IMG/VR virus record: IMGVR_UViG_3300021185_000405
Location: 1-56,082 of that record
Strand: one strand, 5' to 3'
DNA: 56,082 nucleotides
Source of the DNA: a virus
Lineage: Duplodnaviria; Caudoviricetes
In this document: piece after piece, positions 13,249-22,483 of the stretch
Position numbering within the stretch: the stretch's first letter is position 1
Layout: the number at the start of each line of letters is the position of its first letter
Program-made: the position numbers and the translations under genes
The notes under the pieces: model-generated
Told to the model about the DNA's origin: nothing
Database searches by the model: none
Seen by the model: the letters and a program-made list of their open reading frames with translations, nothing else

Positions 13249-13674
13249 TTAAGAAACAGTTACCGTCCAGGTAATTGTCATAGCGTCTGAAGCACCTTTG
13301 TTTACTACTGAGAAAACAGTTCTACATAACATAGTTCCACCAGAAGAAGCATTTAAAATAGCCGCTTCTGTCACAGCGCCAGTACCAGTACCAGCTGCAA
13401 ATGTGTCAACATATACAATATCAGCGCCTGATACTGTTGTTGATGTTAAACCAGTTCTAGCTAACTCACTAACTAAAGCAGTTTGACTTGCTGCAGCCGG
13501 TGTAGTCCCAGAACCAATTGCCATGTGTGACATTGCAGTAGCTGAAGTGTCCTTCATTCTACTAGCAACGTAACCCTTTCCTGCAGTAACAACTAAGTTA
13601 GGAACTTCTTTAACGGTTTCGCCATTGATAGCAATGGTTAATTTACCTGTTAGTTTTAAGTCATCATTTAACAT
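13249..13674 (-). CDS. Tail/fibre-associated structural protein
   Basis: 141 aa; NLVVTAGK, MAIGSG, TEAAILNA..G.MLCR pattern typical of phage tail-fibre anchor proteins. Confidence 0.65.
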   Translation of the reverse strand: MLNDDLKLTGKLTIAINGETVKEVPNLVVTAGKGYVASRMKDTSATAMSHMAIGSGTTPAAASQTALVSELARTGLTSTTVSGADIVYVDTFAAGTGTGAVTEAAILNASSGGTMLCRTVFSVVNKGASDAMTITWTVTVS

Positions 13675-13682
13675 AATTTCTC

Positions 13683-14765
13683 CTAGTTAAGTGTATTACT
13701 ATTTAAAGCCGAGGCATTTAATGCACTTTGTCTATTTGCATTTAGAATACTGATCGACTCAGTTATTGTAGCACTATCTTGTGCTGATTTACCAAAACTA
13801 TATATATGAGTTTCGGAAATAGTTGTGGTATCTGATTTACCTAAACTTGTATTTAAAACCTCTACATCACTAGTAGAGATACTATCGGTCTTACTCAAAC
13901 TGCTAGAAAGCGTTTGGTTGTCTGTAAAACCTATGGTTTCTTCTTTACCTAAACTTGTATTTATAAACTCGCTATCACTAAACGCAAAGGTATCAGACTT
14001 ACCTAAACTAGTAGCTAGTGTTTCGCTATCTGCAAAAGCGAATGAGTCGGTAAACCCTCCTGGAGTAAAGTCTATAGCATGACTTTCTACCATACCAAAC
14101 GTGTCAATCCTAGTTTTAGCCCAATCGTACGTAAGTACGTCTGCTATAGACACTACGTTAGTTTTGTTGCCCAATACGTCCGTAGCAAGGGGATCATCCA
14201 AAGACGTTCTATCGTCTAAAGATATAGTATCAGCAAAAACACGTTCAAATGTGACTACTCTAGAAAATACTTCTGACATGCTAACACTATCTGTTTTGCC
14301 TAAATTAGGTTCTAAAACTTGGCTATCTGACATAGTAGTTGTATCAGATAAAGCTTTGCCCATGGCGTAATTTAATATTTCTGTTACGGACACGGTATCG
14401 TCATGTGCCCCAGAGAATGACACGGCAGCCGCATCAGACATAGTAGGTGTATCTGCAAAACTTAGACCTAGAGTTCTTAATATATCTACGTTTTCAGTAA
14501 AACCTACAGAGTCTGTAAGAGCTTTAGATAAATCAAATTCGTGGAACTCTGATATGTATGCAGCGTCATCTGCACGTTTATCTATATCGTAGCTAAGCAC
14601 ATCTGTATAGCTAAAGGTATCGCTAAAGAGTCTATCTAATGTATCTGGGTTTAGGTATAAATCGGTAAGTTGTAGATTAACATGGGTTACTTGGCCCTTT
14701 AGGTCAACATGAGCAATGCTACCTTTTAGGTCTACAAAAGAAGTAACGCTCTTAAGCTTAGACAT
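13683..14765 (-). CDS. Acidic Ser/Thr/Asp-rich repeat structural protein
   Basis: 360 aa with ~18-aa repeats (SLGKSDTFAFSDSEFINT / SLGKEETIGFTDNQTLSS / SLSKTDSISTSDVEVLNT). Confidence 0.65.
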   Translation of the reverse strand: MSKLKSVTSFVDLKGSIAHVDLKGQVTHVNLQLTDLYLNPDTLDRLFSDTFSYTDVLSYDIDKRADDAAYISEFHEFDLSKALTDSVGFTENVDILRTLGLSFADTPTMSDAAAVSFSGAHDDTVSVTEILNYAMGKALSDTTTMSDSQVLEPNLGKTDSVSMSEVFSRVVTFERVFADTISLDDRTSLDDPLATDVLGNKTNVVSIADVLTYDWAKTRIDTFGMVESHAIDFTPGGFTDSFAFADSETLATSLGKSDTFAFSDSEFINTSLGKEETIGFTDNQTLSSSLSKTDSISTSDVEVLNTSLGKSDTTTISETHIYSFGKSAQDSATITESISILNANRQSALNASALNSNTLN

Positions 14766-15139
14766 TAGTCAAAGTCATTACGAACTTTAAACTTAATTAA
14801 GTCCTGAACGGTATGTATTCCTCCTCCTGAAGAAGTAAATTCTATTTCGCCCTCAAACGTTCCTGCTGTAGTCCAAGTTCCACTTGGTATAGTAAAGTTT
14901 ACTCTGCCATTAGCAGCGTCTGCTATCGCACCAGTAATTGTTTGTGTCAATGTTGTTTGTCCGACTTCTCTTATTCTTAGTTTTACAGAGCCACTAGATA
15001 AACTTAGAGCTGCCCAAGTATCTGAGTTTTCTGTATCTAACGTCTTACCACTTGCAGCAGTATTACTATCTTTTAATGTTGTTTCTAAAACAGGTAGTGT
15101 GTCTCCCACTACAAATTTTATTGTGTCTGAATATGCCAT
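14765..15139 (-). CDS. BppU-N-like Ig-fold structural protein
   Basis: IKFVVGDTLP...G.VNFT...AGTFEGEIEFT...T......FKV pattern. Confidence 0.6.
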   Translation of the reverse strand: MAYSDTIKFVVGDTLPVLETTLKDSNTAASGKTLDTENSDTWAALSLSSGSVKLRIREVGQTTLTQTITGAIADAANGRVNFTIPSGTWTTAGTFEGEIEFTSSGGGIHTVQDLIKFKVRNDFD

Positions 15140-15147
15140 AATTAATT

Positions 15148-18100
15148 TTACCTTCCTAAATTCCTAGTGTCTAGTTGACTGTATACAGGCAAAAAGTCTG
15201 AAGGACGCCAATCTAAAGTTACTCCGTCATAAACTCTTTCTGCCGTAGGCCCTAATGGGGGGATCCAAAAAGGATTACCATACCTGTGGCTTTCTAAAAA
15301 CACAGGCAAAGCTAAAGAAGCAGGTCCTAGCATACCACTTCTGTCTATTATTTCTGTCATGTATTGGCCTGTACTCATATCATCTGATTTAAAATAATTT
15401 ACTCCTGGGTCATTTGGGCTAATACCAGGAAGCACCCAAGCCAAAAATGCTTTAAACATTTCTCTTATTTCTAAACCTAACATTGTTATAGGCAATAACA
15501 TTCCTGCCATCATAAGTATAGGCATAGCCCCTGCACCCGCACCTTGGTTTACAAACCCTTTATGAGATTCTTTTAACGCAGGGAATACAATTGTTTTTCC
15601 ATAAGCATAAAAGAAAGATTTAAGTTGCCATATAAGTGCATACCTAGGGTCATTAGCATATGCAGGTCTTTGCGCTGGGTTGGGTCTAACAATAGATTCG
15701 TCTACAAACTGAGCTAAAGCCTCGTTAACTTTCTCTCTAATAGCTTTATCTGTTTTACCTTTTTCCCAGGCTAAAACTTCATCAGCTGTTATATTTAATT
15801 CTTTTAAATAAGTTTGTGACTGAACATTTCCATTTTGAGCTTTACGTGCGTGGTCTTGTAAAAATCTAGTACCCATGCCCGTAGCAAAAACTCTAGTAAA
15901 CCTAGTATATGCCTCTAGGCCTGTTACTCTGAACCAAGTATCAGTAATATCTTTTGCGGACTGCCCCATAAAATCTTGTTCGCCAGCTAAAACAAAGAAA
16001 CTAGACATAGCATCTACACCTATAACTCCTACTTCCCGTGCTAAATCTGCAGCTTCTTGCGGGTCTTTTATCATGTCTTTTATAACATTAGTAACATCAC
16101 TTATCTTAGCGGTGCCCCTTGCTCTTAGTATAGGCCCTGCTGTATCTTGTAAAGAAGCTATAACAGTCAGCCCTAGTAGGGTAATAACATTTAATGTTAG
16201 TCCAAAGTTATTTGCTGTTCTTAATAACCCATTTTGTATTGGTTTTATTTTTCCAAACATAGAATTTATCATATCTTCAGCTTCTTGCCTCTGGGCTTCA
16301 GATAGTTTGCTAAGTAGTCTTTCTAATTCTACAGTCCCTCCAGATTTATCAAACTCATAACGTAAAGCAACTTTATCTAAATATTTTTTAAGTGCTACTT
16401 CTGGAGCTTCTGCTAATTGCGTATCTATAAGCCTCTGGTTTGGTATAGCTTCAAAATATTGTTTCCTAGCGTACAAAACTCCTACATCTATTTCTTCTTT
16501 TGCCGTAAATTCAATATCGCCATTGTTTTTACTTACTAAATCCGTAATAACTTTTCTAAGCGTGGCATCTTTTGCTTTTGGGTTATATTCTTTTAGTAAA
16601 TTAAATAAAGTTGTTTGTTTGTTTTCATCAGTTGCGATTTCAGCTATAGCAATTACCCTAGGAAAGAAGTTTTTTCTAAAATCTACATCTAAGTTTTTAA
16701 GACCTAAATCTTCATATAATGTTTCTAGATAACGTCTTAACTCTGCCGCTTGTGGGTTGTTTAGGTCTTCCATAGCTATTTCATCATTAGCAGCTAAGTT
16801 TATAGCTGCTTTTTGTTCTTCATTAAAAGTGCTGTAAAACCAACCGTCTTCTACCCCTAATATTTTTGCAACATCATTTAACATTGCATTTGCTCTTCTA
16901 GTTTTTAGAGTAAATATACCTGCTCTACCCGAAGCCCCAACACTCCTAGGGTCTAAGTTAAAGAAATCAGCTATTGCTTCTCCTGGAGTCCCAAACTGTC
17001 TTAGCCTGGTGTCTGTTGTTAGTAATATTGCACGCAGCCATTTAGGCATGTTTTTTGTAGTTAGTAACTTGTTTGCTTGTTCGAGTACTTTTTTAAGCTG
17101 TTTATCTGTATATGTTTGCGGCCCTAATATACTTTCTAATTGTGTTTCTATTTTAGCTTTAACTTCGTAAGGCACTTGTTGGTTTTCTGGGTTTCTTATC
17201 TTGTCTTGTAAATCTCTGGAATACTCATCAAATGTTTCATTTAAATCTAACCTTTGTCTCTGCGGCTTACTTAGTGCACCGTATAATTTTTTCTGTGAAT
17301 TAGCTAAACGTTTAAACCAATTTTGGGCAGGCGCATTCATATCACGATACGTAGTGCCGTCTACGTTTAATCCTAACTTATCTCTTATAGCTAAAGAATA
17401 TTGATCTGCTACAAAGTTGTTAAACCCTGTTTCATTATTTGTATAAGTAGCAGGAGCATTTTTTCCTTTTCGTATTTTTTCGTAGGCCTCTAGTAGCTTC
17501 TTTCTTACTGCTGGTACTTTTAAACTTTTCTCTAGTTCTTGGAAAGTTAAAGAATTACCTAACTCTTTTAAATAAGCAGCATAGTATGCTCCTTCTGAAA
17601 CGTTTTTATTTGTTTTCATCAAGATAACATCAAAATCCCTATACTGCAGAGTCATAGCTAAAGCATTGTCATTGTTTAAAAGTTTTTTTCTTTTACTTTC
17701 AAAATGTTTCATATCTAACTTGCCTTGTATAGCAGCAGATAGCTGTGAATCATTTAGTTCAGCTTCAGCTGAAATAACTTTTAAGTTAGTTTCTAAACCT
17801 AAGTTTCTTGCAGAGGTAGTTAGGCCTTTTATTATTTGCTGCCTAAAAGGTAACGAAGCTCTTTTGCTTTGAGTTTGTGTTGTTTTGTTACCAGTAGTAG
17901 CTGCTGCTCTTTGTGCTAAAACATCTTTAAGTAAAAAGACAGTATTAGCACCTTTAAACTTACGATTATCTTGAAAACCTGGTTTTGAAGTAGCTTCTTT
18001 ATTTTCTTTAAACTGTTGTAAAGGTCCTTCGATAGCTAATACGTATTTACTTGTTTTTGTACTAAATTGAGGCGGATATTTAAACGCTTGTTGTTGTTCA

Positions 18101-21100
18101 AATTGAGAAGTTTGAGTAGATATTTTTTGTCTTAGTTTAGTTTTATCTACCGTACCTCTAGACATCTCGTAGTACTGGTTTCTACCTCTAAACGCTTTTC
18201 CTTGCTGGTCTTGGTAAGACTCAAACAAAGCTGCATCTTGTAAGTCCATTTTAACAGCGCTTGTGTCTACTGGGTTTCCTAAAGCAAGATCATCTGTCTG
18301 AAACAATCCACTGTCTTCTAAAAAGTCTGTCTGTCTTTCTATTTCTATAGCTTGTATATCTGCTATATAAGTTCCTATAGGGACTTCTCTATTTATACTT
18401 CCCCCTACATCTACAAAACGTTCCATTTTTCGCTCTTGGTAGGTAGTTTTTCCAGTATTCTCGTTTACATCTCTTGGGAAGGATGCTTTGTCATCTTTTA
18501 CGAATCTACCTGGTGAGTTTCTTTTATCTTGTGCTTCTATTGCTGCTATGACTGAGCTTATAGGAGCTAAAAACCCAGCGTATACTCTATCTTGGGCAGA
18601 TAACTGTTTTTCTAACTCTTGCGCTTCTTGTTCTAGTGGGTCAGGTCTTTTTGGAAAGGTTCTATACCCTTGTTGGTTAACGGGCGGCTCTCCCTCAAAT
18701 GCTCCTGACCAAGTCATAGAAGAAACGTTTTCTATTTTTTCTTTTAGTTCTTGTAGTTGGTCTAGGGTTAGTTCTTCTATGGTATTTTCTTCTAAGTTTT
18801 GTACAAAAGGAGCGATAAGTTCTTTTCTTTGTAAAGTTTCTAGTGCGCCTTCTTCTCCTCGTTTTTTACTTTTTAAAGACGGAAACTCTAAAAAAGGAGT
18901 ACTCAGTTGGGTAAAACTTTGCTCAGTAAACATATTTTTACTTAGGTCAGTTAAAGCAAATTTCTTTTCTAGTTCTTTTAGCTGAGCTTGTAATTGTTTT
19001 TCATCTTTGCTTAAAATTACTTTAAGCACTTGTGCTCCTGCACGGCTTGTTAATAAGTCATCTAATAAAGCGTTGATTGATATAGTAGGAGCCCTAGGCC
19101 CTATTTTAGGGTCTTTTCTTTCGGATGGTTTTGGTCTTCTTTGTACTTGACTAGTAATATTAACAGGGCCTGTTTCTCCCTTTATTGTGTCTGGATAATA
19201 TTCGAGTACAAATCCTTGTTGTTCTAGTAAAGTTATACCGTCTAATAAAGCTGCTACTCTTTGAGAATATTGAGTAGTAAGTTCCCCACTATCTCTTCTA
19301 CGGGTAATTTTAGTAATCGTAGTTATTCCTTCTAGTAAAACTGCTATATCTATTTTTCCAGTAGGAGTTCCTTCAGATAGTCCCGCATCTAAATCTTTAA
19401 CTTTAAAGTAAATAGGATCCTTATAGTTACCACCTTGTGTCCTTTCTTTAGCCTGAGCTATACGAGTTCGTAGGTCCTCTTTTACGTTTCTTACTTCACT
19501 AGGATTTCTACCTGCCGCTTGTAAAAATTGTTTTTCTTCGGGTTGCATTCTAACTAAAACAAAACCCCTATCTTTATAATTTTTTAATTGCTTTTGATAT
19601 TCTCTGTTTAGTTTTTTGCCTTTAAACTTCCTTGCATCTGGAAGACTAACAATCGGGGACTGAAATACTTCTCCTTTTTTAGAAGCAGTTCTAATACCTG
19701 GTATATCTGACCTATTTACTATTCGTATATATCCTACTCCTTCTGTACGGTTGCTTTCTTCTTTTGATCTAGTAATAAATTGTTCTAATAGTTTTTTAGA
19801 TATGTAAGGTTTTTGTTGCTCATACTCTTGTTGTAAAGTAGGGTGCACATAGCTTTTTGCTCCATTTACAGCATTCCCATTTGCTTTTGGGTCATCTTTA
19901 CTTATTCTAAAAGCTTTTTTAGTAGCGGAATCTACGAAAGGATTTTCTACAGTCCCTGAACCAAACCTTTTTGCAACTATAGGGTTATTAGGGCCTAGTG
20001 GTTCTTTAGTAAAAGAAGAATCTTGCTGGTCTACTACTACGTTAGTTTTGTTAAGTATTTCTGTTACACCTACTCCTGGTATGTTTCTAACATCAACTCC
20101 TTCCTCATCCATTCTCCTCATAGGGCTGGTAATAGAATCATCTTGCTCTATACCAGAACCTAATTCAGAAAGTTCTTGTAACAAAAGACCTAGCTCGTTT
20201 GCTGGAGACTCTTTAACTGCTTTTAAATAATTTCTATCATTTTGGTTTCGTACCCCAGAAGCTTTTTCCGCTCCTACTACTGCACTGTATATTTTAGATA
20301 GTCTAGTTTTTACTTCTGGAGCTGCTTTTTTTAACACTGAGGTTATTTGTTTAGTGCTTTGTGCTCCTTTAGTAGCATTAGATACCATGTTTACAAAAAA
20401 TACTAAGTCTTTGTAGGTGATGGGAAGTTTATAAGTATCCTGTATATAAGAGTCAAAAGCTCTAGATTGTGCTTGGGTTACTTGTCCTTTTTCTATTGCC
20501 CTAGCCTGTTGAGTTACACTCATATCTAAAGTAGACGCTTCTGCTTGTCCAAAATCATCTCCGTCTGTGCCCATTTCTGAATTATCGTCTGTTATTTGGA
20601 AAGCTTCCTTTACACTTTTAAACGGGGTTGTGCCTTTAACTTCTAGGCCTTCTAGTCTGTAGGCCCTATGCTCTGCTAAAGTTTGACTAATTATTTTGTA
20701 ACGTTTCGGATCAGCGTTTCCTAAAATTTCTTGCATTTTAGCTTTTGCTTTTTCAAAATCGTTTTCAAAAGTACTAGAAGTGCCTTGGTAATGTACAAGT
20801 TCGTTAGACTTTGTATCTAGAATACCTACCACCATATCATCGCCTGTTTTTCTAGTTCTGCTGTACCCTAATCCTTTCTCTGCTAAATAAGCATCTTGTA
20901 GCTCTGTGTTAAATGGGTATAGAGTAACTAAGTTTTGAAACTCTTGGGCTTTTGTAGCATCTGTAGTAAAAAAAGCTCCCCTAGCAGTAGCTACTGAAAA
21001 AGCATCAGGTAGTATTTTTTGTAGCTTGTTTAAGTCTGCTGCGCTCTTGCTATCTATGTCAATAAAAGCGCTATCTTTGTTTGAACTAGTATTAGCTACA

Positions 21101-22482
21101 AAATCAAACTGTGACTCTAAAGCAGTGGCTCTTTCTGCCATTACACGCCCCATTTCACTTTCATTATATCTTTGCTTAAACATTTTTAGGCCAGCTTCTT
21201 CTGCTTTGCCCATATTAGTAAGCTCTCGTAGTTTGTTCATAGCACCGGTACCACCACCTAGTGCTCCACCTACTCCTACTCCACCAAAGAAACCTGCAAA
21301 TAAAGCATTTAGCCTATCTACTTTTGCGTTTGCTTGCGTGTAATCTTGGTCTATCTCTAATTTTTGCTGTACGGAAAGTTCTTCTTGGAACCCTTCTGCT
21401 ATAGCTTCAGAAACAGAAGTAACCGCCATAGTCTCTAACATATCCCCAAAAAAAGTAGAGGTAGGACGAATCTCTGGGGTAAAGGCATCGTCCATTCGCG
21501 TTGATACTTTTAACTTACCACCTTTCTTTAACTTTTTAAGTAAAACCCCGGCTGTAGCAGCTTCTGCACCAAGTCCTATAGCACCAAATACTTGTCCTTG
21601 TCCTAATGCAGCTATTGCATCTTCCGGTGATCTCATACCTTCGTCTGCATAGTCGCTAAAAGATATACCAGTACCCATACGTTGTTCTTGATTATAGGCG
21701 CCTGCTAATGCACCTTTAGTAAATCTACTGCTTAGTTTTTGGCTACGTAGCTGTGCATATATGTCATCTAATGCTGCTAAAGAGTCTTTGTCTGTTAGTA
21801 GTTCTGGGAAAGGTAAGTCTCTCCCTTTTTTTTCTGCTAACGCATTTTTATAAGCTTTATTTAAAAGCTCTTCTGCATTTTCCTTTAGGGTGTCTGGTTT
21901 TCTAGCCGCTAGGGTTTTCGGTATTTGTTTGAGGCCTTGTCTACCTGCTGCTTGTAAAGCACCTGCACCTAGTACTAGGCCCGGGGTTGCTGTACCACCA
22001 GTTAAAATAGTACCCCCTGCTACAATACCCCCTACAACTGCAGCTTCTGCAAAACTAGCTGCCAGTGAAGGTACAAATTGACCGGTAGCTGCTGCTACCT
22101 GATTAAAAAAACCTCCTATAGTAGGCTCATCTAAAAACTCTCCGAAGCTTTCCATACCAGCTAGAGGTATAGCAGACTCATCTTCAAACCTATCTCCTTC
22201 TCGCAAGAAGTTTTCTGCGTCTTCGTTGTTACCTCGAATAGTAGCTATAGCAGCTTTGAAGTTTTTATTTTGTGCATTTATGTTAGATACCCCAGACTCT
22301 ACCCCTGCTCTAAGGGCTTGTCCCGGCGTATCTATAGGTTCTGCTCGTGTGGGTCCTGCTTCTGGGGACAGGGTGCCCGCACGTTCTTCTAGTCTTTCGT
22401 CTTCTGAAAACTTATCTGCTTGTTCTGGTGCAAGCTGCCCAGCTCTAAGTCTTTGTATAATATCTTGTTCACTGACTGCCAC
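15148..22482 (-). CDS. Very large internal virion / DNA ejection protein
   Basis: 2444 aa with Gly/Ala-rich hydrophobic segments near both ends; last and largest of a run of internal-protein-like genes in podovirus gene order. Confidence 0.65.
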   Translation of the reverse strand: MAVSEQDIIQRLRAGQLAPEQADKFSEDERLEERAGTLSPEAGPTRAEPIDTPGQALRAGVESGVSNINAQNKNFKAAIATIRGNNEDAENFLREGDRFEDESAIPLAGMESFGEFLDEPTIGGFFNQVAAATGQFVPSLAASFAEAAVVGGIVAGGTILTGGTATPGLVLGAGALQAAGRQGLKQIPKTLAARKPDTLKENAEELLNKAYKNALAEKKGRDLPFPELLTDKDSLAALDDIYAQLRSQKLSSRFTKGALAGAYNQEQRMGTGISFSDYADEGMRSPEDAIAALGQGQVFGAIGLGAEAATAGVLLKKLKKGGKLKVSTRMDDAFTPEIRPTSTFFGDMLETMAVTSVSEAIAEGFQEELSVQQKLEIDQDYTQANAKVDRLNALFAGFFGGVGVGGALGGGTGAMNKLRELTNMGKAEEAGLKMFKQRYNESEMGRVMAERATALESQFDFVANTSSNKDSAFIDIDSKSAADLNKLQKILPDAFSVATARGAFFTTDATKAQEFQNLVTLYPFNTELQDAYLAEKGLGYSRTRKTGDDMVVGILDTKSNELVHYQGTSSTFENDFEKAKAKMQEILGNADPKRYKIISQTLAEHRAYRLEGLEVKGTTPFKSVKEAFQITDDNSEMGTDGDDFGQAEASTLDMSVTQQARAIEKGQVTQAQSRAFDSYIQDTYKLPITYKDLVFFVNMVSNATKGAQSTKQITSVLKKAAPEVKTRLSKIYSAVVGAEKASGVRNQNDRNYLKAVKESPANELGLLLQELSELGSGIEQDDSITSPMRRMDEEGVDVRNIPGVGVTEILNKTNVVVDQQDSSFTKEPLGPNNPIVAKRFGSGTVENPFVDSATKKAFRISKDDPKANGNAVNGAKSYVHPTLQQEYEQQKPYISKKLLEQFITRSKEESNRTEGVGYIRIVNRSDIPGIRTASKKGEVFQSPIVSLPDARKFKGKKLNREYQKQLKNYKDRGFVLVRMQPEEKQFLQAAGRNPSEVRNVKEDLRTRIAQAKERTQGGNYKDPIYFKVKDLDAGLSEGTPTGKIDIAVLLEGITTITKITRRRDSGELTTQYSQRVAALLDGITLLEQQGFVLEYYPDTIKGETGPVNITSQVQRRPKPSERKDPKIGPRAPTISINALLDDLLTSRAGAQVLKVILSKDEKQLQAQLKELEKKFALTDLSKNMFTEQSFTQLSTPFLEFPSLKSKKRGEEGALETLQRKELIAPFVQNLEENTIEELTLDQLQELKEKIENVSSMTWSGAFEGEPPVNQQGYRTFPKRPDPLEQEAQELEKQLSAQDRVYAGFLAPISSVIAAIEAQDKRNSPGRFVKDDKASFPRDVNENTGKTTYQERKMERFVDVGGSINREVPIGTYIADIQAIEIERQTDFLEDSGLFQTDDLALGNPVDTSAVKMDLQDAALFESYQDQQGKAFRGRNQYYEMSRGTVDKTKLRQKISTQTSQFEQQQAFKYPPQFSTKTSKYVLAIEGPLQQFKENKEATSKPGFQDNRKFKGANTVFLLKDVLAQRAAATTGNKTTQTQSKRASLPFRQQIIKGLTTSARNLGLETNLKVISAEAELNDSQLSAAIQGKLDMKHFESKRKKLLNNDNALAMTLQYRDFDVILMKTNKNVSEGAYYAAYLKELGNSLTFQELEKSLKVPAVRKKLLEAYEKIRKGKNAPATYTNNETGFNNFVADQYSLAIRDKLGLNVDGTTYRDMNAPAQNWFKRLANSQKKLYGALSKPQRQRLDLNETFDEYSRDLQDKIRNPENQQVPYEVKAKIETQLESILGPQTYTDKQLKKVLEQANKLLTTKNMPKWLRAILLTTDTRLRQFGTPGEAIADFFNLDPRSVGASGRAGIFTLKTRRANAMLNDVAKILGVEDGWFYSTFNEEQKAAINLAANDEIAMEDLNNPQAAELRRYLETLYEDLGLKNLDVDFRKNFFPRVIAIAEIATDENKQTTLFNLLKEYNPKAKDATLRKVITDLVSKNNGDIEFTAKEEIDVGVLYARKQYFEAIPNQRLIDTQLAEAPEVALKKYLDKVALRYEFDKSGGTVELERLLSKLSEAQRQEAEDMINSMFGKIKPIQNGLLRTANNFGLTLNVITLLGLTVIASLQDTAGPILRARGTAKISDVTNVIKDMIKDPQEAADLAREVGVIGVDAMSSFFVLAGEQDFMGQSAKDITDTWFRVTGLEAYTRFTRVFATGMGTRFLQDHARKAQNGNVQSQTYLKELNITADEVLAWEKGKTDKAIREKVNEALAQFVDESIVRPNPAQRPAYANDPRYALIWQLKSFFYAYGKTIVFPALKESHKGFVNQGAGAGAMPILMMAGMLLPITMLGLEIREMFKAFLAWVLPGISPNDPGVNYFKSDDMSTGQYMTEIIDRSGMLGPASLALPVFLESHRYGNPFWIPPLGPTAERVYDGVTLDWRPSDFLPVYSQLDTRNLGR

Positions 22483-22483
22483 A

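Noticed and set aside
15148-22482. N4-type virion RNA polymerase
   Set aside because: The capsid is N4-gp56-like, but I could not find single-subunit RNAP catalytic motifs, and the gene order fits ejection proteins.
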